Shown piece by piece: positions 26,884-38,674 of a stretch of 64,000 nt of DNA (positions are counted from its first letter, which is position 1; every line of letters starts with the position of its first letter). The position numbers and the translations under genes were made by a program. The notes beneath the pieces are model-generated. The model was not told the DNA's origin. It saw only the letters and a list, made by a program, of their open reading frames with translations, and searched no databases. This DNA is from Zancudomyces culisetae HAW-14-8 (Eukaryota; Fungi; Kickxellomycota). The stretch is from assembly GCA_052426225.1 (NCBI GenBank), contig JBNJNM010000015.1, positions 186,001 through 250,000 of the forward strand, written 5' to 3'.

Positions 26884-29800
26884 TTAACATGATATACCAA
26901 TGCTATAATAGCTAGAATGTTCAGGATTCATAACAACATCAACGTGATAAATGATACCAGACTGCTGTATTTGCAGGGGTGTAGCGGAAGATGGATCGAC
27001 ATCATCATTTCCTACAAAGGATGATGGTCGACACATATAGCGGCAGGCAAAAGTAGGTAAAAGCAATTTACCAGGTCGCAGGGGAACCAATATGAATTGT
27101 GATGTGAATTCATGTGTACTTTGTAACTCTAAATCGCTAACAGGTATGTTAAAATAGTCAAAAATTGGACCAGAGACAAGCCAATCAGTTTGGGAAAAAT
27201 CCAGCGTCGAGAATATATGAATAGATTGGCCAGCAGTACTATCGATATTATTTTTGGCGCAGGTGTTTTTGTATTGCCCGCGTAGTTGGTCAGAAGTTTG
27301 AGACAGTATCAAAAACTTTGCAATTAATGATATAGGCTGGCCAACAACAAAGATAGTGTAGTCACTAATTGCGGAATTTGTAAAGTAACTGGATGGAGGG
27401 TGTGGCAATGAGGAGAAATGATCCGAGGTGGGAGTTTTGACTGCTGTGGTGATTTTTGCCGAAATGGAGGGTGGTAGAGGACTGAGATCAGTAGGACTAG
27501 TGGTTGCAGGAGGGGGGTACTGCGTTGACATGGGAATATTAATTCTATCAATAACACAGCATGATGATGGGTCAATGTCTTCAAACTGATCAAACAAGGT
27601 GGTGCTATTGTTAAGGCGGGTGATCGTATAGCTGACCATTTCTCTTAGTTTTTGGTTAAATAAAGATAGTTCAGGAATGGTAGATGTGTATTTGTGACTA
27701 TTGTATGCTAAAAAGTGCGAGTTTTCGCTGAGGAAAATCGGAAAGTCACTGAAAAACACAAGTTTGAAGCTTGACTCTAGCTGTTTGTAATCCATAGTGG
27801 ACACTATATGCAGGAAGAGCAGCTCGGCGACATAGCTAGAATAATTTGTTCTTATAAAGTCGCTAATAAGACATTTTTTGTGACCCAATGACGTATCAAG
27901 GCATTCCAGAATTTTTAAACGCATAAATGCCGAAAATCTGACGTACTTCAAATTAATATTTAATTGCGAATCCTTGTCTGCGGTATTTCCATCAAAGTCT
28001 TTTATATTTTGGTTGGTGGTTGGTGGTAAAACGGAAAGCAAACTTGTGAATTGGTCCGGTTGGTTAAATAACATGTTTCCAAAGTGGTCGGGAGACCAGT
28101 CAACATATTTTGATTCAACATCCACTATTCTAAGTGGTAAACGGGATGTATTTTTAATGTACAAGGTATTTATAGCGAAGTCAGACAAAGGGTTGTGAGT
28201 GTATGAGATATCTATGCAAAGAGGGTTCCCTAAATCAACTAGATTTTGGCACAAAGTAACACCGGTTTCGCATGTTGGTTGATTTGCAAGTTCATTATGA
28301 TTAAAGCAATACTCAAAATTCACGGATAGCAGCAGTAAATCCCGGAATATGTCTATAGGAAGACCAGATAGGGTAATTTCAAGAACAGAATCCGGTTTTA
28401 GTTCCGGTATAACTATATAATCATCGTGAATGACGATCTCGCTATTTGTTGGGTTACATGGTTTAATTCGTATCGCATCAGTGGTGAGTAGTATACTCAG
28501 GTCTTTTGTGGCAACCAATCGTAAAGATCCGTGAAATATGTGTTTTTTGTTGGAGTACACCACAACATTCATTTCCATGGTGTCCGAGGTAGATAAGTCA
28601 TGTAACTGTTCGTTTCCCTCGCTCAAGCATCTGAATTCCACATGTGGTAGGCTTTTATTTTCTGACAGCCTAACAACAAAAATCTCTTGTGAATCCAAGA
28701 CTAGTGGGTCGTATAATTCACTATCCGAGCTGCCCAAAGTCTTGGAAAATATTCCATTTGATATATTAACGCATATTTTTGTCACAACGTAACAGCCAGG
28801 CGCTGAGATATTATCATTTCCTACAGCTATTTTGTTTAACCCAGGCATAAGCGTGATTCTAGAGGTGTTTGTAGATTCCTCTGAGGAGCCACTACTAGAT
28901 TGGATTAATGATGGTGACATTTGGATTGAATTAAGAGGCCTTTCAATATCTACAAGCTCTATAACTATATCTTGTACGTCGATGCCAACATTATGTGGTG
29001 ATGTTATCTCCAAAATAATATTCTGGTTTCCTCCTGAAGAAAAATCTGGGTATACAGCCTTGAGTTCAAGTAAACAGTCGAAATCAATTTCGAGCTGGTC
29101 ATCAAGTTTGGTTTCGATAGTATCAACTAATTCTGACACAAAATTGGAGTACTGGTCTGCTGAGTAGTCTTTACTCAAAAACTCGCTAAGGAGCAATGAT
29201 AGGCAGTCAACATATTCAACCCAATTTCCTAACTTTTTTAGACAATACGATAGATCAATAAGCAGAGATGTATACATTGGGAGCCAGGATTCGTTATCGA
29301 TAATCTTGTATCTTTGCAACGGAATAACCCTACCCAAATAGTACCGAGCCCGGTCGTATCTCCCCCTTAGCAAATGTAAATGTGCAATATCCCTCAAAAC
29401 CATGTCCCGATGCCTATTTCTACCGCACTCCTCGTAGTATTCTACTGTTTGCTCACTTGTGTTGTTGAATATCTGGTCAAATCCCAAATCGCTTTTTATT
29501 GCTTCTAATAAGACTGGGTTGGTTATCGTTGACTTTACATCGATTGTCTCTGCTTCGTCTCTGTATTTCTTTAAGCCAGAAAAACTCTCGCTCATTGAAA
29601 AATAGCCCTCTGGAAGCCTTCTATATATATATCCTAGCTTTTCCAACTGCCGCCTGCTCTCATGCAGTAATTCTGCCTTACAAGCTGACATTAAGCGTGT
29701 GTGTATATTGTCTGGTGTTAATAGCTGTGCGTTACTCTCGCATAACTCAACAGCGCTTTGACATGCACTGTAGGTCCAGGCACATATAAATTCTTCTGAA

Positions 29801-31239
29801 GTGTTGGGCTCAAATTCGGTAACCCCTTTTACCACTGATCTCACAAATACCAATATTCGCTGCATAAATTCTCGTATACTTCCTATCCGAACCATCAATC
29901 TTGCTTGACATCCAAACAAATATACTCTAAAATCTAGCAGTGTAATCTTGTTTTCCATTATCTGTTGCCTGCACTTCAATATATTTGGTCTCAAAATATC
30001 AACTCGGTCAGCTCCGCTTGTTGCTGTGCCTACGCGGTCAAACCAGCTCAGCCTTTTACTGTCTAGTAGTTCCAAGAAAAGTGCTCCCAACTCATCATAT
30101 TGCTTCAATGCTTCTTCATATACTCCCATTGTGTTGTATAACTGCGCGAATCCCTCTTTCAAAATAAAATATGAGCAATAGTTCCATCCTGGTAACTGGC
30201 GCATATTTGCCATTCGTCTTGTATCCTCTTGAAAGCTGATTACTCTACTTTCAAAACTCACCATCACCAGCTCCTTGATTTTGTTGATCAACTCGACCCA
30301 GCTATCCTGGACATCCCGTTTTAACATGATTATTCGGTTTGTTTCTTTTTTGTTTTGAAAGTCAACTCTTAGTCGCTCTAGGTTAGATCCGCGTATCGTT
30401 AAAAACTTTGTAGCAATGCCCTTAGATTCTTCCTCTGTAGTTACGTAAACTATCAACCATTCTTGGTTTTTTTGATGGCATACTTGGTTATGCCATTGCT
30501 GAACTCTTGGTTTTACCAGCAATTTGTAGCTTTCATTGTCAGCCTAATACAAATTCATAAATACATTTTCGTAAACACATATCCACAAACACATAGAATA
30601 CAAGTTTCTGAGAAATTAAGATGGGTGATTGAAAGTCTAGTGCGACTCTTGCCATTGAATTGCAAAAATGAGCAATAGTTTAATTAGCAAGAAAAATTAG
30701 ATGCAAATATATATTTAAAAACTTACACTGTATCCTATAAGCATTATATTCACAAAGGGTCGGGGTTGGTGTTTGGGTGCTCCCCATTCCCTATTCAAAC
30801 TATCCTCTAATGTTATAAAATCCAATTCTAGCTTTGGAACAAATCTTGTCTTTTGACCATATGACGCTTTCCAAACCAGGTTTTTTAGCGGTAGGTGGTT
30901 CTTTAATTCGCCGCCTATTTTGCTCCAGATTTCAAACTCATCATGGTCTATTTTATTTAGTAGAAATAGTTGGTGAGTTAGCCATTTGTCCGCCCTTGTA
31001 TTTTATCAGACTATCAAAGCTCAGCTGTTTTTATTCTTTAGTTAAAGTCTTTTTATCCTTTGTGACAATATCAGTCAAGAGAGAATTTGAGCTGAAAAAG
31101 TCATGCCTGGATTGGACATGAGTACTGGGAAAAACTTTAAATAGTATCCAGCATGACTGTGGGGTAAAAGTAGAGCACAAGGAAAATAGGTATTGTACTT
31201 ACATGTCAACAAAGCCTTGGTTTCGGAGGGTTCGATCAT
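26884..31239 (-). CDS. TRS130: TRAPP II subunit Trs130/TRAPPC10 (large exon 26884..~30540; 5' exons approximate)
   Basis: EWLIVYV, RQLPGWNYCSYFILKEGFA....EEALKQYDEL, LLDFRVYLF..Q and C-terminal WLVSG...LVPLRPGKLLLP. Probable first exon MIEPSETKALLT followed by GTAAGT. Confidence 0.88.
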
Positions 31240-31696
31240 TATTCTGCCTTTTTATCGATTGTATTTATATTATAAATTCAATCTCGTAGTGTGGGCTAAA
31301 TACACTCTTTAAAAAAATCAATTTCTTGGTATATGAATGTTTGTGTTCCTATGTCTTGGTTTTCCTTTAATGACTAAAAAGAATCCACTGTTTTCAAAAT
31401 AATTGCGGATTATAAAGCGCAATTGGAGTATTTGAAATCCAGTAGTTTAAGAATTTGAACTCCTTTAGTACCAATGACTGCCAACTCTTTATTTTCGCTT
31501 TGGCAGCAATTAGGTGTTGAATGCTCTAAATGGAAAAAAATGAAAAAAAAAGGAACAAGCTACCACCAAAGCGAAACACATGCTTTTTGTATGAAACTAC
31601 ATTTGATTATTTTATTTTTTAATTCATTTTTATTTTGAGGAACATGTTACTAAATCAACAAAAACAACAAACAACGCAAGAAAAATACAAAGGACA

Positions 31697-32722
31697 ATGA
31701 CGGACAAAGCGCTATCCAAATTGAAGGTGCTCTGCCTACATGGATATGCACAGAACCAGGAAGTATTTCGCAGCAAATGTTCCGCACTTAGAAAGATCCT
31801 AGGCAAAAATGTGGAGTTTTTCTTTGCCAATGCTCCGCACACAGCCACAAAACATGTCGATGAGATCAGCAAGAAACAAGGTAGGGGCCTTGAAAATAAC
31901 CTTTACAGTTTTTCTTTTCTAATATTGCTTTGATTTCATTTTCGTAAATGCCAATATTTATTTCACTAAAACAGCAAAACTCGGAGTATATAAAAACTAT
32001 CCTGACTAACAGCTACAATGTTTTTTACGATGTAAAAAATTCAACTTGTAGATGGACCTTATAATTCTTGGTGGAATTTTGCAAATGCTGATAGATGGGA
32101 CGATATCGAACAGAGTCTTTTGTACTTGTCTAACATTATCAAGACACATGTAAGACATATTTATTTATTTTTAGTACCAATCACATTATGCCACTCTGAA
32201 GGTTCCAAACGATCAAAATGACTAATACGAGTGTAGAAAATATTAAAAAAGTCAATAATGGATTTAAAAAGTTGTAAAACTATGAAACAGGGCCCATTTG
32301 ATGGAATATTAGGATTTAGTCAAGGTGCTTGCATGGCATCGATACTCCAATGCATCATAGAGATATCTATGCTACCTATAGAACAGCAAAATGCTGATAC
32401 TGAGGTACATTCAAGAGCCGGTAAAGTTTTAGACGAATACAGGCAACTTGCCGGTAACCAATGCAAAATAAGATTTGCACTTCTGTTTTCTGGGTTTAAG
32501 CCAGTAGACCTATTTTGTCGGGGTATGTTAGACAGATACAAAATAGACATGAAAACTTTGCATATAATTGGGAACAGTGATACTATTATCCCAAAAAAAG
32601 ATACCCTGGAGTTTATAGACCTTTTTTATAAAAACTACCAGGTGGCCTATCATGAGGGAGGTCACTATACACCAGCGAATGCTAGCTGGAGGGATGTCTA
32701 TGTGAAGTTTATCATGGAGTAG
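31697..32722 (+). CDS. FSH1/OVCA2-family serine hydrolase, 3 exons (~31697-31880, ~32052-32149, 32291-32722)
   Basis: LKVLCLHGYAQN, SWW, GPFDGILGFSQGA (nucleophile Ser), LHIIGNSDTII (Asp) and HEGGHYTP (His). Confidence 0.9.
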
Positions 32723-32987
32723 ATGATTCATATGTCAATATATTTTACTGTATTTAAACAGTAATGAACATTTGTCAAAATCAGATTTAATGTTATTAAA
32801 AAGTAAAGCAATAAATTACCTTTTTAAAAATACACGAAAAACGTGGTGGAACCTGGGTCTTACACGAGGTTAAAAATAGTGAAAAGTTATCAAAAGCAAT
32901 TGGGATACCAGGCGCTGAGTAGTGCATAAAAAATATATGTTAGAAATGGAAAAGTAATCCGCAGCTGAGAAAAAAATAAAAAAAGGT

Positions 32988-33069
32988 TGATGACTGTGGG
33001 GTTCGAACCCACGCATGCGAACATATCAGGGCCTAAACCTGACCCCTTGGACCACTCGGGCAAGTCACC
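32988..33069 (-). tRNA. tRNA-Leu(UAG)
   Basis: GGTGACTTGCCCGAGTGGTCCAAGGGGTCAGGTTTAGGCCCTGA...GGGTTCGAACCCCACAGTCATCA; long variable arm; T-run terminator downstream. Confidence 0.95.
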
Positions 33070-33074
33070 ACCAA

Positions 33075-33146
33075 CTCTCGGACCGGGAATTGAACCCGGG
33101 TCTCCAATGTGACAGACTGGGATACTGACCACTATACTATCCGAGA
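33075..33146 (-). tRNA. tRNA-Asp(GUC)
   Basis: TCTCGGATAGTATAGTGGTCAGTATCCCAGTCTGTCACATTGGAGACCCGGGTTCAATTCCCGGTCCGAGAG folds as a cloverleaf. Confidence 0.95.
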
Positions 33147-34866
33147 ATTTTTTTGTTATGTCGTAGTATTCAAAACCCTGAGAGTTCTCAATACTAGTCT
33201 CTGCACGTGACATACCGGTTCGGGTATAATCACTGGATATTGATGCACTGCTACCCCGTAGCGTGATGTGCATCAAGGGAGGCTCAGTTGAGCTATTATC
33301 CCTATACAATGTCGGTGAGATAGTACTCACGGACATTGACTCCGGGCTTCTACGGATTCGAAGTTGACGAACACTTTCCGTCAACTCCCCAAGTGTTCGG
33401 GGGCTTAACACCCCTGTCTCTTGGTCCATGCTACTGCCCCTGGTGCTGTTTGATGAGATGGAAGAATCTCTCCTAGATTCATTCGCACCTGTACCAAAAA
33501 GATAGTTGATCATTATTTTTTATTTTACTTTTGTTTTTGCTGTTTAAAAATCTTTATTTAGATAATCTTTATTACTAATCCGTATGGTAGGACATGGATG
33601 ATGGTTTTCTTTTCCACCATGTATCCTTTAAATATAAACTATAAAATCATTTTGTTCTCTAAATAGACTATAAACATGATAAGGTATAACTAATAAAATA
33701 ATATTTAGGTTTGATAATATTGATGTAGTATGAACATGTATGTGAACATTTCTCATACTACATTCATCATTATTGCATGGACGCAGTATGAAGAATTAAT
33801 TTCATGCTGAGTCCATTAATTTTCATTTTCTTAATTTTTTAAATTATGTCCACATTTTAATTCAAACTATGTAAATATGGTAATGTATATCCATGCATTA
33901 ATACTAGTTTAATAGTTTTACTCATTCGACAGTTAACAAACTTAAAATTATATATAGATAGCGACTAAATTTAACTACTTTGTGATTTTTTTGATGCATT
34001 TATTGTTGAAATCATAATAAAAATAAAAATATTCAATATCTAAAAGTACAAAGTAAATACTTTCAGAGAGTTGGCTGATTTGAGTGTAACATTTCCAACT
34101 AGTAGTAAGCTGGATACGAGTATAAAGGTTTATGATGTTCACATACCTCCAAAACACTGCCAACAACCAAACTGAAGTGAGCAACAAAACAGAGTCATAC
34201 TAACCAAACCCCACTCACTCTCTTTCACTCATCTCTCTCTCCAACTCACTCTCTCACGCACCACCATTTCAATTCATTTTTTTTCTTTAAATAATAAGAC
34301 TGTCAGAATCTACATCCGTCCATGCCAGCAGCTTTTAACACCACTTGGCAAGATCATCAACGAGTCAGAAAAGGCGTGGTAGTCTTCCCTTCTTTCAAGG
34401 CCTTTCTTCAAAGAAGCGAGCTTCTCCAAAAAAAGTCCCTCATAAAAAATGAAAAACACCAAGTTGCCTTAAAACTCACACTTCCCTTTTCAGACAGTGT
34501 AGTTCCAATCATCGTCCAGTCTTGTTTGCATGACTTTGTTCGGAAACAAAGACAAAGAAGTGTACTACAAACTAGATCCTTGTAAGTACAGTCTGATTTT
34601 TTCCACAGTTCCCGGATTTGACGGCGGTTTTATACGAAAACCGAGTAAAAAATTTTTTGATTTTGGATGAAATCAAAATTATGGGTATTTCAACTGCCGA
34701 ATCATGCTCAATAAAAAAAAACATCAAAAAAAATTTTACAAAAAGAAAAAGATCATAGTTAAAACTTTAAAATACAAAATTGGTAAAGCAAAAAAAAAAA
34801 GAGCTCAGGTTGGATAAATGATTAAAAGATTAAAACAAAAAGCTATCACAAAAACAAAAGCTTAAT

Positions 34867-34938
34867 CGCCCGATGTGGGGGTCGAACCCACAGCCTTGAG
34901 GTTAAAAGCCTCACGCTCTACCATTGAGCTAACCGGGC
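34867..34938 (-). tRNA. tRNA-Lys(UUU)
   Basis: GCCCGGTTAGCTCAATGGTAGAGCGTGAGGCTTTTAACCTCAAGGCTGTGGGTTCGACCCCCACATCGGGCG. Confidence 0.95.
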
Positions 34939-35658
34939 TACGAGCGTTTTTAGTTTTGTAAATATCTGTTTCTACTATACTACAATTGTTAAGCTAATTT
35001 ATTTGTTTTATTTAGAATACTATGTTACTGTTTCTGGAAACACATATAGCATGGTGTCTACATCTGTTAGTGTATATATTATTCAACCCTTTCATGATAT
35101 TTATAGTGTTTTTTGTAAAGAAAAAGTTCTAAAAATTAGTTTGTCAATCGAAATCGAACTTATAAGTGCTCTGGTCTGAACCATGAATTATACTTCCAAC
35201 TTATACCATCCATTTGGCTTTTGATTTGTTTGTAAATGTTAGCTAAGAAGCTTATAAGTACAGAGTTAGTATAAACACAATATATTAGAGATTACCACAG
35301 GGTTAGTATGCTATTTATGTGAATGTGTAACAAAATAGGTTGTTTAATTACTAAACCAGATATATATTGCAAGTCACTGTTAAATAAACACCCTGGTACA
35401 TATAAATACCAATAATAACCGAAATATACAACAATCTGTAACTTTTGGTCATTAAATAAAAGTTTTCAAACATGTTACATCAAGTTCTCATGTATACCAC
35501 CCAATCCTTTATACGAAAACTGTTAACAAACATTTTGTTATTCTTATAATTATTTGTAAAGCATTAAATGCATCTTTTTATTATATAAATACTCATCTAC
35601 ATACTTTAAAATACATTCAGTTATCACAATTAATAAAGATAATAAACATTTACGTAGC

Positions 35659-35810
35659 TAAGTAAATTTTTAAACAATCTCACATAAAACTACAAGAAAC
35701 AAAACCATATAAATCTAACTAGCTAAACACACACACCCTTTACTTTCCCCTTATGATAACATTACTCTGAGGAAATACTCTACTCCCATTGGGCGTTGAT
35801 TCAGGAAATC
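35659..35810 (-). mobile_element. degenerate LINE 3' end related to family B
   Basis: taagtaaatttttaaacaatctcacataaaactacaag resembles taagtgaatttattaaataaatatcccataaaactacaaa at ~52987; also carries cccattgggcgttgattcagg, matching cccaccgggcgttggttcaagg at ~53087. Confidence 0.7.
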
Positions 35811-36250
35811 CAAATATTTTTTAACGATCCAAGCCATATACTATGAATGTTGTGTTGGTGGCTTTCTATTTTTGGATTAAGGCAAAACATCGTATCACGA
35901 CTCTTCCTGTCCTCCGCACGCCTTGAGAAAATTTTGATTGAAAATTAAACTCATCTTCACTGGCTCATTTAATCACTCTTGAGTCACTCGTGTTATTACT
36001 AGTTCCACCAAGACTTCCGAAACTGAGGGATTGATGTGAATAACACTGATTTTACTAATTATTTCCAAGCAGAGAGGGAAGGGAAAGGGGAAGAGTAGAC
36101 AATAGGAGCGGAGTAAAAGCAATGCTTTATTAAAATAATAAATCCTAAAAATAAATAATAAAATAATGAACTAGATTACTTGTAATTATATTACAAATAT
36201 AGACACCAACCCATCATCCTTCGTATTAACTAGTAGTTTAATAAAAGAAA

Positions 36251-36835
36251 CTAAATGGGACAATACTCCGAAATCAAACAAGTATTAAAACTGTAGGTTT
36301 TACCATCTATCAAAATATTATTACTTTTTATATATCTCGATTCGCTCTTTATAAATAGCTCTAATTCGTTAGCCGCTGTGGAGGAATCCAGCCAAAAACT
36401 TGCTCTAATATCAATAACATCACCAATTTTATTACTTATAGCATCAACTAGAAGATGTAAATCATACCACCCCTCTACATGCTTTGAATTCAAAGTTAAT
36501 CGATGAAGGCGATGCTTCGTCGATACATATAATTTTTCTATTATAACACTATTGGAGGCCAGCGATATTTTGCCCAAGTAATCATCCTTATCCTTGTCAT
36601 TTGAGAAATATACTCGAAATTCATTTGAATCATTTCGTTTAAGGATACACACATAGTCTTTCAGTGATTTTACAACGTCATTCTCATAATTGTATTTCTC
36701 ATCCGAGGGAACCAGAATTTGTACAAAATTCCTATCCATGTTTATAATAGATTTACGATGTTTATAAAACTCCTCTTTAATTGAAATAGTATTGATTAGT
36801 TTTTTCTTTAAGAACTCGTTAATTCCCATTCTCAT
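36251..36835 (-). CDS. LINE ORF1-like (RRM-type) orphan protein, 194 aa
   Basis: By-eye alignment to ORF1 at 62043..63674: FRVYF/LFVWF, IGDVIDIRA/YGEVADIMA, NELELFIK/NSLKVLIK. Ends at YCPI*, where the zinc knuckle begins in ORF1. Confidence 0.5.
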   Translation of the reverse strand: MRMGINEFLKKKLINTISIKEEFYKHRKSIINMDRNFVQILVPSDEKYNYENDVVKSLKDYVCILKRNDSNEFRVYFSNDKDKDDYLGKISLASNSVIIEKLYVSTKHRLHRLTLNSKHVEGWYDLHLLVDAISNKIGDVIDIRASFWLDSSTAANELELFIKSESRYIKSNNILIDGKTYSFNTCLISEYCPI

Positions 36836-38674
36836 AATGATATTGTGTTAAAACAACTCTGACTGTATATTTACTTGGATACCAATGGTAAAATAATGTC
36901 AATAGTGACCCCTGCTATTGTGTAGGTTAGGGAACTGAGGAGGAGAAGGGGTTTTTATACCTTTTAATATAAATTTTTCTTCACAAGATTTGTTTTTTAT
37001 GTATTTTTTAATAGAATAATACAAATATAATACTCAATATGTACCATCAAAAAACTGAAATTCAAGCAAAGCGGAGTTTGTGGACAGACTTTATCATTTA
37101 TTCTTAATCGTACACAAAATATTCTATTCGAGAATAAGAATAAGAAAAAAGTAGACTTTGTAAATATGCAAACAAGAATAGTTTAGAATAAAGTTGAAAT
37201 ACTTGAAACGTGGTAGTAGTAGTAGTAATTATTTATCTTATTTCTGGAGGGGGGGTAGGGAGTACAAAAAATAATCATTTTCGGGTTATCATTTGTTTTT
37301 TCTTTTTTTCCATATTCGAAGTTTTGGGAGGTGAGAAAAGAAAAAAGAAAGAAAATGGAAAAAGGAAAAAAAAAATGGAAAAGAGAAAAAGAGAAAAAGA
37401 GAAAAAATAAGCACATCTTTTTTATTAAACACGATGGGTTTGTTACATAAATCTTCAAAAAACTACAAAAAATAATATTACACAATATTTATCTAGCCAA
37501 TCCCCCTCATTCATTATAGGAACCCTATACCTATCAGATGATGGATCAAGGACAAATCTCAGTTAAAATTTGAATTGTTCCAGAATCATCAAAAAATATA
37601 TCATCAACACGTGCTATTAAAAAGGCGTGTAAATATCTGAGAATGCTCACATTCCCATAAAATTAAACTGTCTTCTTCCGATCAAATACTCTCCCAGATT
37701 TTCTAAATATCCACAAAGTTGTGTTTGCCGCTGTATAAGGCGCCGCGCTAATTGATCCAAATCCAGTTCCTCTTTCCTTTACTCTAGGATCCTACTATTA
37801 CTTTCTCTACCATTTCCTTTTCTCTCGTCTTTCCATATTGCTTTTAACTTTGCATTTCAGGCATTTTAATTTGAATAAAATATATCTAAGATATATAGAT
37901 TCTAGGAAGCAAATGACTGAAATTTCCCAAATGTTTAAAATCAGTATTAGCAATATGTTAGATTTTTACTTGTCTGGTGCGATCATACTAGAGAATAAAA
38001 ATATATAAAAAAAATATACTGAGGTCCTTGCATACATATATTAGCTATTTCATGCAGTTCATCAATACAATCCATTCATTAATAATTTTATGTTTCTATT
38101 AACACAAAACTCGAGTAAGTTATTCTACCTTGTTTATATTATTAATATCAAACAGTGCAATTCCATTTTAGTTTATATATAGTTAAATATATAGAAATAT
38201 ACTATATTTATTTTTATATACACCTTAATTTGCACTATATTTCTATTCCTCTAAATAAGTAATCATTGAGTCAAATAAACAGATTGTTTAAACCAAAATA
38301 CTTGAAAGAAATTGTACTAGCGTTACAAAAGTAGTAGAAACACCAACTTGTGCAGCTCATCAAAGAAACGAGAAAGGTCTACTAATATACAGGCTGAATA
38401 TTTAACTATTTATATACATCCGCCAATCAAGAATTATCTAGCAACGTTGAACTAGAAAGATTATTAATAAGGAATGGCGATAAATTGATACCTTATAATC
38501 AACAATACCCACATGCGTGCCAATCAACCCAATATATATATAACTTAAATTCAGATAAAGAATTTGTTTATAAAATAAACAAAATAATGTGATATACCAT
38601 ATGACAATATATGTCATTAATTTTTCAAAAATAAAATAAAATAAAATACACCAGTCCTCATACGACCAGAAAAA

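Larger units (their letters stand above)
32890..33513 (-). other. Ser-rich ORF whose reading frame runs through both tRNA genes; coding status uncertain
   Basis: The first ~120 codons are GC-richer than the flanks, start at ATG and look protein-like; the remainder is tRNA sequence. Confidence 0.35.

Noticed and set aside
19905-26900. Short ORF-track calls in the second spacer
   Set aside because: Low-complexity AT-rich translations with no support.
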